DNA from: Narcine bancroftii
Lineage: Eukaryota
Length of the DNA stretch: 64,000 nucleotides
Assembly: GCF_036971445.1 (NCBI RefSeq)
Contig: NC_091476.1
Coordinates: 3,658,001 to 3,722,000, forward strand
Direction: 5' to 3'
The notes below the pieces were generated by a model. It made no database searches. It saw only the letters and a list, made by a program, of their open reading frames with translations, and was not told the origin of the DNA. Positions 26,177-38,284 of this stretch are shown here, one piece after another (position 1 is the first letter of the stretch; each line of letters opens with the position of its first letter). Made by a program: the position numbers and the translations under genes.

Positions 26177-26802
26177 CACAGCCACTCACACAGGGCCCAA
26201 CTCCAACCCGCACCCTTCACCTCACTCACCGTCGTCGTCTCCTCCTTTCCTGATTGGTGCAGGCTCCTTGCACCCTCATGTCACTCACCATCGCCTCCTT
26301 TTCTGATTGGTGCAGCTCCGAAACCCTCTCATGGTCACTCACCACCGCCTCCTTTCCCGATTGGTGCAGGCTCCTTGAACCCTCATGTCACTCACCATCG
26401 CCTCCTTTCCTGATTGGTGCAGCTCCTACACCCCCTCATGTCACTCACCAGCTCCTCCTTCACTGATTGGTTCAGATGCGGGCAGAAAGGGGGATCTACT
26501 TGGCAAATTGCCACGATATTTGAACGGGAATACCACACGGTTAACGTTCTGGTTTCATGTATGTACTCCTAAATATAGGGTGAAACCAATCATTTACGCT
26601 GCAACAGCAACCGGTTTAATCCTGTTTAATCCTGATGAGGACGTTCTGGCGAAGCTCCGGCAACAATTCCTGTTGCACATGCGCCTCCACCGTTCGGCTC
26701 TTTCTATTCTACGCATGTGCAGGCCGCTTGGTGCGCATGCTCAGTGGGTTGCCCGCGGCCCACCGGTGGGACGAGGAGTCAGTTGGTGGTTGTGGTGTCG
26801 GG
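26177..26802. promoter_or_regulatory. UPF3B/NDUFA1 bidirectional promoter
   Basis: 626 bp between divergent ATGs; CpG-rich; ATTGG at 26253, 26306, 26360, 26413, 26466 and CCAAT at 26586; NRF1-like motifs at 26674-26685, 26710-26721, 26732-26743. Confidence 0.85.
26223..26470. repeat. 53-54-bp tandem repeat, one CCAAT box per unit
   Basis: Unit approximately CACTCACCATCGCCTCCTTTCCTGATTGGTGCAGGCTCCTTG.ACCCTCATGT; ATTGG spacing 53, 54, 53, 53. Confidence 0.9.
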
Positions 26803-26904
26803 ATGTGGTATGAAATCCTGCCCGGGTTTGGCCTCATGGCTATCTGCCTGACTATCCCTGGACTTTCTACCATCTATATCCACAGGTGGACGACCGGTGG
26901 TAAG
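26803..26904 (+). CDS. NDUFA1: NDUFA1 exon 1
   Basis: MWYEILPG...GGK|gtaatt. Confidence 0.97.
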
Positions 26905-29549
26905 GTAATTGTGGCTGTGGCGTCAGGGTACAGGTGGCGATGAAATTGTGGTTAAATCACTTCTTCGGGGAGCTCGGAGCGTCTTGTCACCCTCTCTCCG
27001 CCACCCCCCCCCCCCCCCCCCCCCCCCAGCCATCCAACAGGGAGGCGCCTCCTGTGGCTTCGTCAACATTTGTCGCTCATCCCTCATTGTCCTTGAGAAA
27101 GTGGAGGTGGGCCGCCCAGTCCTGTCGGTGGGGCGTTCCTACAGGGAGAGGAGGAGGGGGAAGAGGAGGGGAAAGGGGAGGAGAGGAGGGGGAAGAGGAG
27201 GGGAAAGGGGAGGAGAGGGGGGGGAAGAGGAGGGGAAAGGGGAGGAGAGGGGGGGGAAGAGGAGGGGAAAGGGGAGGAGAGGGGGGGGGTGGGGAGGAGG
27301 GGGGGTGGGGAGGAGGGGGGGGTGGGGAGGAGGGGGGGTGGGGAGGAGGGGGGGGTGGGGAGGAGGGGGGGTGGGGAGGAGGGGAGGGGAAGTGGAAGGA
27401 GAAGAGAGAGGAGGAGAAAGGGGAGGAGGGAGGGGGAAGGGTGGGGGGGGAGGGGAAGTGGAAGGAGAAGAGATTGGAGGAGAAAGGGAGAGGGAAGGGA
27501 AGGGGGGAGGGGAGGGAGAATTCCAAGATTTAGAAAATGTGAAAGATTGAGGATTGCGTTCCAAGTCACAATGTTGTGTGACTGTGGCTGGAATCTGAAG
27601 ATGACACTTTGCCCGTGTAACTGTTTCCTTTATGGTTCTTGCTTGGAAAGATCATGCATTTTGCTTTTAGTTGGTAGAGAGTGTTTAAGGTTATCAGACA
27701 GGCTGTTTTATCCTCTATGGTGTTTAGCTCTTTAAGACTTGTTGGTGCTGCACTCAATTCTTTAAAAGTTCATTCATGTCATTTTGTACTCCGATCACAT
27801 TCAAAGTTGTGTACCCTTTTGAATTTATTGCCTCCTACCTATATTAGGAGCAAGTTAGTAGCCAGTTAACTACCAGCATGTCTTTGGGATGTTGGAGTGG
27901 AGCATCTGAAGGGTTAGGGAATCATGTATTAGAGAATGTACATATTTCACACAGAGGCCATCCTTGATGTCTTGCATCAAGACAAAACTGTCACTATGCT
28001 GCCTTCAGGTTACTGGAGAGTCTTGCCTCTTTTGCTAATTCATGATCCTGATGTATCATATTGGTGAGAGAATGGTAGTGGGAGTTGAGAGGTGACCATG
28101 ATTGACCGTAGATTGGGTGGTAACATCCTTATTCACCCTCTACATTTAATTATTCTAACCATATATTTTTTAATGATTTTTAAATTTATCCTCTCTCGCT
28201 CTTGGCTTTCTAGTAAAATGTTTTATTTTCTGATGAACTGTCAAGATTTGCTATTTATTTCACCTCCAATCAGGAGAGAATAAGTCTGAAGCTTCATGTT
28301 TTGTGAAGTGGGGTTTTTTTTAAAGCAGAATCCGACGAGAGTTAGATACTTTTTGAAAGAAAAACATAAGGGGGTTGTAGGTCAATTTGGTGTAATTGGA
28401 TAGCACGGGCTTGTGGGCCAGAAGGGCCTGCATGTCTAAATTTTAAAATCGAATTGTATTCTTCTGACATCCACATTGTCCACATCAGTTACACTGAAGC
28501 AGTTAACTCGTGTTGCTTATCATGATCCATAAAAACTCGATGCATTCTTATTTCCTTCCTCTCTATGGAATGACTTTAGCATAATGTTTTATGTTCATAA
28601 ATCAGTTGCGATTTGGGAATATCACACTTGGCTCGTCTTGAATTGAATCCTTACAGTGATGTGTAACCTCTGTCTCCAGGCATGTAGCCCCTTGAGCCTG
28701 CTCTATGGTTGATATTTCCTGGACCTGCTCTTCCCTCCATAACCCCATGTACTTTCTTGTCTGGTTACCAAAATCCTTGTCCAAAAACTCATGATCTTCA
28801 TTTTTAATGTACACAATGACTGAAAGAGAAATTTCTTACTTGTCCTTGTCTTCCTTCATCACAGCCACTCATACAGGGCCCAACTCCAACCCGCACCCTT
28901 CACCTCACTCACCGTCGTCGTCGTCGTCTCTTCCTTTCCTGATTGGTGCAGGCTCCTTGCACCCTCATGTCACTCACCACCGCCTCCTTGGCTGCCCCTT
29001 ATTGAGTCTTTTTCCTCTGTCAAACATATTAAATATCTTTATTTGGATTGCCTAACATAATCAATTGGGGAGTGTGTGAATTATACTCAAAATCAGTGGA
29101 AGAATGTTTTTAGAATGCTTCTTGTCTTGTCGACAGAATAAAATGTATATATTACTGGCTGTTATAATTTAAGAAAAAAACTTTTAAAATCAGATTTACC
29201 ACAGGGTAAAGAGCACATAATGATTAATATTTTTTAATTGATTTTGCTCAGGAGAAGAGGACTGCTCGTTTACCTTATCACTGGAGTCTGTTAGAAAGGG
29301 ACAGAAGAGTGTCTGATTGCAAAACCTATTACAAATCAAAGGTAAATTCTTTAGAAAGTGAATATTTATGTATCTTACAGATCTCCAGTTGGATTCACTT
29401 GAATCCATTGCAGTTTACTTGCAATGGATATAAATAGTAAAGAGTGTCAAATTAGTTTAAATTGCACTATATTTATTGATTAGAATTGTTTAAATTGAAT
29501 ATCCTCCTTTATTCCTCTTTTTTAACAGGGATTAGAAAATATCGACTAA
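26803..29549 (+). CDS. NDUFA1: NADH dehydrogenase [ubiquinone] 1 alpha subcomplex subunit 1 (MWFE), complete 70-aa spliced CDS
   Basis: Exons 26803-26904, 29252-29341, 29529-29549 give MWYEILPGFGLMAICLTIPGLSTIYIHRWTTGGK|EKRTARLPYHWSLLERDRRVSDCKTYYKSK|GLENID*; all GT-AG, phase 0. Confidence 0.97.
27004..27520 (+). repeat. C-homopolymer plus G/A-rich low-complexity tract in NDUFA1 intron 1
   Basis: Poly-C 27004-27027; near-pure purine tract 27143-27520 with about 32-bp and 18-bp units. Confidence 0.9.
28843..28989. repeat. Direct duplicate of the UPF3B start codon/5' region (26160-26300)
   Basis: Aligns end to end with about 3 substitutions and one extra GTCGTC. Confidence 0.93.
29252..29341 (+). 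CDS. NDUFA1: NDUFA1 exon 2
   Basis: ttttgctcag|EKRTARLPYHWSLLERDRRVS...YYKSK|gtaaat; 90 nt. Confidence 0.96.
29529..29549 (+). CDS. NDUFA1: NDUFA1 exon 3
   Basis: Polypyrimidine tract, aacag|GLENID-TAA. Confidence 0.96.
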   Translation, partial: GLENID

Positions 29550-30589
29550 TCATCGGCTTTTCATCTGGAATGTCAAATGGTGAACGTGCAGGAGGAGCAT
29601 TGCTAAAATCTTAACTGAAATCCTTGTTCCATAATATAAACTACATATTTTAATATAAAATGGAAGGTAAAACGTGAACCAGATGTGCAGCTTGTAAATT
29701 CTTTTGCAGATAAATTTGGGACGGCAGTGGAAAATAGCAGGAATGAGGAAGAAATGAATGAACCCTGCTGATGATGTTGATATATTCATTAAAAAGATTT
29801 AAAAGATTCAGATTTGGCTTTATTGTCAATACATACATAACATCACATCTAACCATATAACCATTTCGGCCTTTCAAGTCCGCACCGGTTCACGAGAACA
29901 ACTCCACTAGCTCAAACCTCCCGCTCACCGCCACGTGATGTACAGGTTGAAATTTTTTGATGGATTGATAAACATATCCAGATCTCGGTTTTGCTGATTG
30001 TGAATGATGATCAGTCAAAACAGGCACTGTCAATTATTGGATTTAACAGAGCAATATAGCAGGAAGTACACTCTCTCATTAGGTGAGGAGCAGGGGACCC
30101 TGAGATTCCTTTTCCTGCGGGCCAGTTGTTGGCCATGCAAATAAAACTGACTCAACATGTACATGTAAACCAATATAAACAAACAAAAAGGGTTTCTACA
30201 TTTTACCTCTGAGTTCCTATTTTGTCAATTTGAATTTTTTTTGAAGCATTTAAAGACTTTGCAAATTCTATTGGCACAAAGAAAAATGTAAACAAGCCCA
30301 ATAAAAGTGAACACAAGTTGTGAAATAGTGAACTATGTGCTTCAGGAGAAGAGAAATTTCAAAAAGGAACTCCAACCAAATGGTATTTTATATTGCAGTA
30401 TCTGTGGTGTAATTGCTGTAATTTCATATGATTATGGTTTAGTAAAACTGAACATAGTTTATCTAGCATTTTGCAAAATATTAGTATCCATATTGTGTCT
30501 TTAGAATATAAATTGTGTTGAAGAATTTAGAGAAAGTTCTGCTTGGATGCTTGTTTTGCACTTGTTTAATTATTAAAAACCAGAGTGAG

Positions 30590-31210
30590 AGGAGTCAATG
30601 TGACCATGTTTTGGGGACAGGAAGGCTCGAATTATGAGGAGAGATTGAATATTCTGTGACTTTGCTCTCTGGTGTCTAGGAGGCTGCGGGATGACCTTGT
30701 GAGATCATGAGGGGCATGGATAACACAAGTAGTCATAGCCTTTTTCACAGGCTGGGTAATCTACATTGAGAATTTTGGATTTAAAGTGAGAGGGAAAAGT
30801 TTTAAAAGTTGTTCCTCAGGTTCTTTTTTCATTCAGGGTGGTGAGTATGTGAAAGTGGTAGAGATATTCTCAATGTGTAAAAGTAATTTCGATTGGTTCA
30901 TGGATTATAATTGCAGCATGTTATTAGAACCATAAAACTATACAGGACAGAAACTGGCCCTTTGGCCCATCTAGTCTAGGCCAAACTATTGTTCTGCCTA
31001 GTCCCATTGACTTCTTTTTGGACCATAGCTCTCCATACCTCTCCCATCTTCGTACCTGTCCAAATTTTTCTTAAATGACAAAATTGAGCTCTCATTCAAC
31101 ACTTCAGCTGGCAGCTCATTCCACGCCTTCACCACTCTGCATGAAGAGGTTTCCACCCTAATGTTCCCTATAAACATTTCACCTTTCACCCAAACCCATG
31201 TCCTCTCGGA
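30590..31210. mobile_element. Two CR1 3' fragments, tail to tail (+ about 30590-30910, - about 30925-31210)
   Basis: RVVKAWNELPAEV...SFKKNLDRY on the - strand; AGGAGGCTGCGGGATGACCTT on the + strand. Confidence 0.7.
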
Positions 31211-32389
31211 CGCATTATCCTGGATTATACGGTGTATTTACTTGCTACAGCTACATGGGAACAAAAATATAAAAGAATGCAGGGCAATTGAATGTGTTTT
31301 TGATGAGAATGTTAAATTGTAAGAAAGTCTGGTGTCTCAGGTGGAATCTAGCAGAATGTTGAAGACAGGATTTATCCTGCTATCCAGGTCTATCTTTATC
31401 CCTTGATCAACATCACCAAAATGTAAAACATTACAGGTTGAATGCACCTATTTACTACATTATGATACTTTACACATCAAAATGATTACATTTTAAAAGA
31501 GTGCATGTGAAAAGTGCTACATAAGTGCAAGTTTTAAAAAACCCTAGGTTATACTGAAGAATTACCATCCCCTTCCCCACAACCTTTCACCACTCCCACA
31601 AGCTTGTTGGGCTGATTAAATTTTCTTATTTGTATCAACTGATTCTGAATGGCTTTGCATGATGACATTTGGTCGTTTTATATTTAAAAATCACCAAAAT
31701 GAATTATTGCTGATTGTCACCACTGACACAATAGACTGATAAATTTCATGCTGTCTGGGCATCCTGTTTTCAGTGTTTTGGAGCATTGTTAGCAATGAGC
31801 ATTTGGTGACTAGGATATGCTGTAGTCACAGAAATTTTTTTTGTCTTCATGAAGTGGGCTGCTTTTTTTCTAGATTGTGTTGAGTTTCTTGAATACTCTT
31901 AGACCATGTTAGTTTGGGGATCTCCAACGTGATCGATATTGACCGGGGGGGGGTGGGGGTGTTAATGGGACTATTCAAGGGATTAATGAATGCCAGGGGG
32001 TCGATTGATCTTTGCAGTGGAAAGCAGCAGCAGATCAATGTAAAATAACACCTATGGCAATGGTGGCCAATGTCTTGTAAGAGCGGGCCTTGGTGTCTGT
32101 TGTGTTGTATTTGGCTTTATCCTTTGAATATGTTGAGAATGAATAGGATGTAGAAGAAAAATATGTGTTCTTTGTATCTTTGGTAGCACCTCCTTCCCCC
32201 GGTCCAGCACTGCCACCCCCTCACCCCCCCCCATATCAAGCACTGGGATTCCATGCCTGGGGTCGATGAGGGATCAAGAATTCCATGAAGGGGTTTATGG
32301 TCCAATTAGTTTGGGGACCTCTAGTTTAGGCAACTGAAATGTGGCTCTAATTTTAGAACCACTTCCTGTTGTCATTTGGAAAACAAATG

Positions 32390-33098
32390 TCTGCAGAAAC
32401 TGTGGTTGAAGTAAAAATATCATACTGGAGAACTCCAAGTCAAACAGTGTCCTTCATAGAAGATACATAACCAATGTTTCAGGTTTGAATATTTTGTCAA
32501 GGTATGGAAAAATGTCAGCAGGTGTCTGAACAAAAAGGTAAGGGGGAGGGGCACAGACCCAAAGGCAGGTGGAGAAGGGAGGGAGGGCACAGCAGCAAGT
32601 GGGGGAGGAGGATGGGGAGGTGAATAGAGAGGGAAGAGGGTGGAGAGATGAGGGATGGAAGGTAGAGAGAAAGGGGAGCAGATTAGCAGAGTCTGAAGAA
32701 GTAAATGTTCATGCCTTCCAGCTGGAAAGTACCCAACGGAAAATCAGATGATGGCGATCTTGGCCACGGACAAATGTGAGTATGGGAGTAGGACGCAGAA
32801 CTGAGATGGTTGGCCACTGAGAGGTCCATGTCACTGATGTGAACAGAGCAAAGGTGCTCAGTGAAGTGATCTCCCAGTCTATGCTCGATCTCTCTGATGT
32901 TTAGAAGGCCATAAAGGGAGCACCGGATGCAGTAGATCTCTCCTGCAGATACTCAAGTCCAGCTTTGCTTCACTTGAAAGGTTTGGGCACCTGCCTACAT
33001 TTTGCTCAAGTTCAAAATATCGGTTATGTATCTATCTTTGCTCTATAAAGTTCACTGTTTGGCCTGCTGTGTATCTCCATCATTATGTTTTTAACTCC
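32390..33098 (-). mobile_element. Penelope-like fragment with an inverted pLTR piece (about 32995-33098)
   Basis: Reverse strand reads like IYCIRC...IREI...FTEHLCS...PVANHL; tail sequence present in both orientations. Confidence 0.7.
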
Positions 33099-35667
33099 TG
33101 TCATCATTCAGGTAGCTCACCAGGAGGATTGATTCAGATGGTGGTTCATCAGCATCTTCTCCAGACAACTGGGGAATGATAGATGATGTCCTCAAAGGTG
33201 GATAAATAAATAAAAGGCTGCTTCTCCCACCCAGGAAAATCCACAAAAGTAAGTTTGATCGTGTACTTCTCTCAACTGGGATCAATTTTAATTCCACATC
33301 AAGCAAAGCAGTTTGCTAATACATGATGTAAATCATGGTTTACTCACTCTGGGAAAACTTCCAACATATTGAATGCAATGATGACCTTGTTCATGTTTTA
33401 TAGCTCCTCAAACTAACAAAAGGAATTAGTTGTGGCACGAGATACCGCAGAAACGTGTTGGGGAGGGAATAATTCCTGTATTACACTGGTACATATCTTG
33501 TCCTGGTTTTCCAGGTTGGAAGACCTTTGCTTCAGGTTGGATAGATGGGCCAAGCAGCATTGGACTGTGGCCCAACTCCAGCATGACTGGACATCACATG
33601 TCCACACACTGCTAAGGGGACACCATTTGAAGCCTTTGCTCAGGATGGCAACTTTCAGAATGAAGTGTAGTGCCTGATGAGAACATTTCTGCAGATCCTC
33701 TCTGTTCATGGGCAAGACGACAAACCATCTGTGAAATGTGCTGGTTCGGTTTGTTATCATTCCTGAAGCAGTATTTCGCTATTTCAACCCTGATTCCAAT
33801 CACTCATGATTATCCTGAGGTCTTGCTTGTCACTCTCTCCTGTCTTCCAATTTTGTCCCCACCCACTTTCATCCCCTTCTTCCTCATGGCTGCCTTTTGT
33901 CCTTCATTTCTTCCCCCCACCACCCCTTCCCCCCGTAACCGCTGCCCAGCGAAAACCAGCTAGAATCTTTCCCCACCCTCACATTTAAACTCGCAAGGTC
34001 TTTAGAATATTATGCTAACAAATGCGCTATAAAAAAAAAGGTATTCATTGCGTGGTCACATGGCACATGATTTGGTTTTACAGCACTGAAACGGCCCTTC
34101 TGCTCTCTGTGTCCGTAATGACCTTGCACTTCCCCACATTAGGTCTGTATCAACGTTGTGAGTCCATCAACTCCTCTGGCTGCAAGTTCTCGTTATTGAC
34201 CTGTTCTTGTACAGATAGAATGAAGGTGCCCCTGAAGTAAACTTCCCTCTGCCCTCAACCACCTCCTTCTGTGTTTGTCTCTTTAAATTCTTGCTCTTGA
34301 GGGGAGAGTTGAAAGGTGAGTTGACTCTTGTGTGGGGAGGTGGGGCGAGCTCGTAGTTCGCGGTGGTTTAGCGCCGAGCTGAAGACAGGAGGAAGCCTGC
34401 GTCCGCACACTTCTTCCAGCTGGATTTTCCTGCATGGACGAGCTGGGAACATGGCTGATATTTATTCGTATTCTGATGGCAGGGCTGGGTCCTTGAATTC
34501 AGGACCACCTCGTCTATCTGCAGCACAGCTTGGGTCTGTATCCTTCCAATGCCCACACTCAGGACCGAGCTTGCAAGGACTTCGACACCTGCTCCACCTT
34601 CATCTCCAGTCTGAAAACTTCCACGGCAGAGAAACCCGCTCAGAGGGAGCAGGTAAACCGGAGGCAAAGGCGGCGATTTAAAAATAAATAAATAAACTGG
34701 GCTCTTGGATGTTCCAATAGCTGGGGAGTGAGAGCGGGGCTAATTGCAAGAGCACAAAGAGTTAGTAAGGGCTTTGTGGACCGAATGGCCTCTTGGGCTA
34801 TTCTGCTTGGGTTAGTGAATGTGGTCAGAGTTCAAGTCTGCTTAAAGGTAAACTGCTGGAGGAACTCGGCAGGCCCAGCAGCATCTGTGGAGGGAAATAG
34901 ATGACCGTTCCAGTTCAGAGGACTCTGAAGCATTTCAATGAGATTTACCCCCCCCTCCCCCATTTGCCTAAATTCCATTGAATACAGGCTAAGAGCTGTC
35001 AAATGCTCTTCTTACAATGACCTTTACCTCGAGTGGACACTCTGAGACCTGCTGAGTTCTTCCAGCATTGTGTTTTTACTCCAGTTAACAGTGCAGATTT
35101 TGTTTTTCTCCATTGTGTAGATGTTAAATATTACATGAAAAATCTGATATTACTAATAGTCTGGTTTCATTGTCACTTGTGAAACAGAATTATGGAGTCC
35201 AAACATAGCATCTCAGATTCCTTCTCGTTTTCTGCAAAGGTTTATTGTTAGCTTCATAACCTGGTAATATGAGTAGATTTCCAGTGACTAGTACTTGTTT
35301 TCATATTCTTTCAGTGGCCAGGAATGACTTCCACAAATGGAATGTGTGTACCTACCAAGCCCATTCACCTACCACTTCCAGGAGAGATCCCATTCCTGCA
35401 GCTATGAAATCCCAAAGGACAATGGTTCAACAAATGAAGGAGAGCGGCAAGCTCTGAACAGGAAGAAGAAAGAAATCAAGCTTGCGTCTAATAATTGTCA
35501 GTTTCCAAACTTAGTTTGTGTAGGGGCATTAGAAGCTGAAAATTGTTTGATGCTATTTACATAAACAGGTGAGCACTTCTACAAACTGTTGGCAGGGAAG
35601 TGATGCCAACTTGGTTGTCAGTCAGCAGAGAGAAGAGCAATTGTTTGAGTTTTAAACTATGATTAGT

Positions 35668-35890
35668 GGCATGTAGTGTGGCACTTGGTGTGACGTTGAT
35701 ACAGCACTAGCAACCAGGGTTCAGATCCAGCGCTGTCTGAAAGGAGTTTGTACATTCTCCCTGTCTCTGTGTGGGTTTCCCCCAACTCTTCAAAAATGTA
35801 TGGGAGTTGTAGGTTAATTGGGGTATTTGTGCAGCATGGGTCCTTGAGCCAGAGGGCCTGTTATCTTGCTCTATGTCTAAATTTAAAGAA
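35668..35890 (+). mobile_element. tRNA-derived V-SINE (HE1-like)
   Basis: B-box-like GGGTTCAGATCC; V domain GGAGTTTGTACATTCTCCCTGTCTCTGTGTGGGTTTCC; CR1-like tail GAGGGCCTG. Confidence 0.75.
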
Positions 35891-37274
35891 AATAAATTAA
35901 AAGAGTGATCTGTGATGACTTATTCCTAATAGACTACGATTAAAAATCAAAATGGATCACATGTCTAGTCTGTGGCATTAACATTTTGATCTAAAAAGTT
36001 ATTCTGAAAGGGAACATTTTGTGGCATTAAGGACAATTTTGCCCTTGTTTGTTGGACTTCCACCGACTCAAACTCACTTGGGGTTTTACATGGCAAGTCA
36101 TTGCCCAACAACCACTGTAAACACCATGCTTTGCACACAACATCTGGGACCTGTGAAAGCTTGGTAAGTAATTACATTTATCGTGACCAGCACAGACTGA
36201 AGGAAGAGTGGCAGGTAAAATTGTGAACTCAGATGTCATATCAGGTACAGAACACAATGAAGAGTGGGGAAGAAAGAGAAATGAGAGAATAAGAAGGAAA
36301 AGAGAGAAGTAAGTTAATTTAGTCTCCAATAAAATTTAAACTCTGAAGAAAGTATATTTATGGAAGTACGTTTTCAGATACAGGGACACGTAACAGGAGG
36401 AGATGGGACTTGTCCAGGAATAGCAAATTCCACCTTGACTGGTGAAGTTAATTCTTATCTATGATATTGATACAAAAATGTTACCCTGTTCCATGTATTT
36501 CAATGCCAAAATAATATTATAACTCTGCTTTCAGAGAAGCAGGGCATCTTGGACAAGAAGATCCTGATTTCCATTTGCAACTGATTAATAAGAGAAGTTA
36601 TTTTCTTCGTTTAAAGATTGAGAAACCTCTGAATGGATCAAACTGTCTGCATTCATTCAAGAACAAATAAAATAATTCAATGTAAAATTACAAGGATTTT
36701 TCTGGATGGATAAACTCGGACAAGATAAATACCTTTCTCATCCTTAATTATCTTAGACCATTCCTGGCCATCTCCTCAAAGTCAACAAATTCAGCATTTG
36801 ATTGCTCTAGAGATCATTTTGTCCTCATGGCAGAACATTGAGCGAATTTACCCAGGGTTTCACTCCAGCCATTAGAAACATCATTGTTGTACAATTATTC
36901 TTCATGTCTCTCCCTTTGGAAATTGAAAGGGTAAGGGGGAGTAAGGGAAAAAATCGTTTTAATTCTACAGACCTGTTCACAACCAGAGGGGAGTTCAAAG
37001 TACTTTGAAGCAAATGAATATACATTTAGCGTGTAGTTGTGTGAGGAATGCCAATAATGCAGTAATCAGTTACCTCCCATGGTCGCTGCGAGACTGGCCG
37101 AGTTCCTCCAGAATTGGTGTATCACCGAGTCTGGAGACTATTGTGTTTCACAGCAATCAATTTGTACCCAGCAAGCTACCCCAAAAACCATTGTGATAAT
37201 TGCTTCATTGCCTGTTTCTTAGTGATAATGCTTGAGGAATGAATTTGCCCAGGGAAAGCTCCACATTTTTTTGA

Positions 37275-37510
37275 CATACAGCATGGTACAGGCCATTTAG
37301 ACCCACGACTCTGTGCTGCCCAATTTATACCCATAATCTATACCCCGGTATGTTTTGAATGGTGGGAGGAAACCGGAGCCCCTGGGGAAAAGCCACACAG
37401 TTACGGGAGAATGTACAAACTCCTTACAGACAGTGTGGGATTCAAACCCCAGTACCAATCGCTGGTGCTATAAAGGTGTTGCGTTAACCGCTACACCAAC
37501 CATGTCACCC
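37275..37510 (-). mobile_element. V-SINE
   Basis: Reverse complement of the V domain GGGAGAATGTACAAACTCCTTACAGACAG and GGATTCAAACCC. Confidence 0.75.
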
Positions 37511-38284
37511 TTCTTTGAAATAATGCCTGTGGGTTTGTTTCACTCCACTTGACAGAGCAGTTTCAAGTTCAAATTTATTATTATCTGATTGCACAAGTAA
37601 AACCCAATGAAACAGCAGGTGCAAAACCATGAAAACACGCATCCTTAAGATCGCAATCAAAAGGTAGCATCTTCAAATGTGTTTTATTCCCTCAGAACTA
37701 TATCAAAGTGTCAGGTCAGATTTTGTGCTTGGACTCTAAATTCAAACATTCTTACTCAGAGGCAAGAAAGCTGTCATCAACTACCAAACGACTCCAAAAC
37801 AAGATCCATGTTTCAGCATGTGGGTGGGTTTCATTTAAGAGATTGAAAAGTGTAACAACTTTTGGCGTATGTTCATCTGCAGAGAAAAGGAACTTGCTCA
37901 ATAGTGATGGGGTCCAGAAGCTCTGCACTTCCAATACTATAATTTTATTGATGATGATACATTACCAGAGAATTTCACAACCCCACGAGCAGTAGAACCT
38001 CATGAACATCAGTAAGAGAATCGTTGGACCGGAAACTTGCTGCTGAAAGGAATCTTGAGACATCCAAACTTCTCTCTATTTCTTTGAATCTGGATTTTCT
38101 ATAGGACTCTTGCAATTTACTTTAAAGTCTTTTATTTACTCTTGCATATTATATATGTTCAGGAGGTCAAAAAAAGGTTCCCTGTGTGACTGCTTTCATG
38201 TATTTCAAAGAACAGTGTAGAGGTAATGATAAACTCTGTGTGATTGGAACAGACTGCAGTTTGACTATGACATTTGTATTCTCA

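Noticed and set aside
26909-27735. Gly/Glu-rich and Pro-rich ORFs
   Set aside because: Translations of the low-complexity G/A tract in NDUFA1 intron 1.
33430-33615. CPGFPGWKTFASG resembling somatostatin (FWKTFTSC)
   Set aside because: No closing cysteine, dibasic site or following stop; neighbouring sequence looks like a decayed RTE-type LINE.
34434-34652. Hydrophobic-leader ORF with one in-frame TGA (selenoprotein or read-through)
   Set aside because: No SECIS recognised, no redox motif, and the phase-0 continuation in the next candidate exon meets further stops.
35668-35760. tRNA gene candidates (also near 37430-37510, 57430-57500, 60070-60150)
   Set aside because: B-box-like heads run straight into V-SINE bodies and do not form a cloverleaf.
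36535-36670. QLINKRSYFLRLK as a neurotensin/neuromedin-like peptide
   Set aside because: Only superficial similarity; no precursor frame or amidation/cleavage pattern could be connected.
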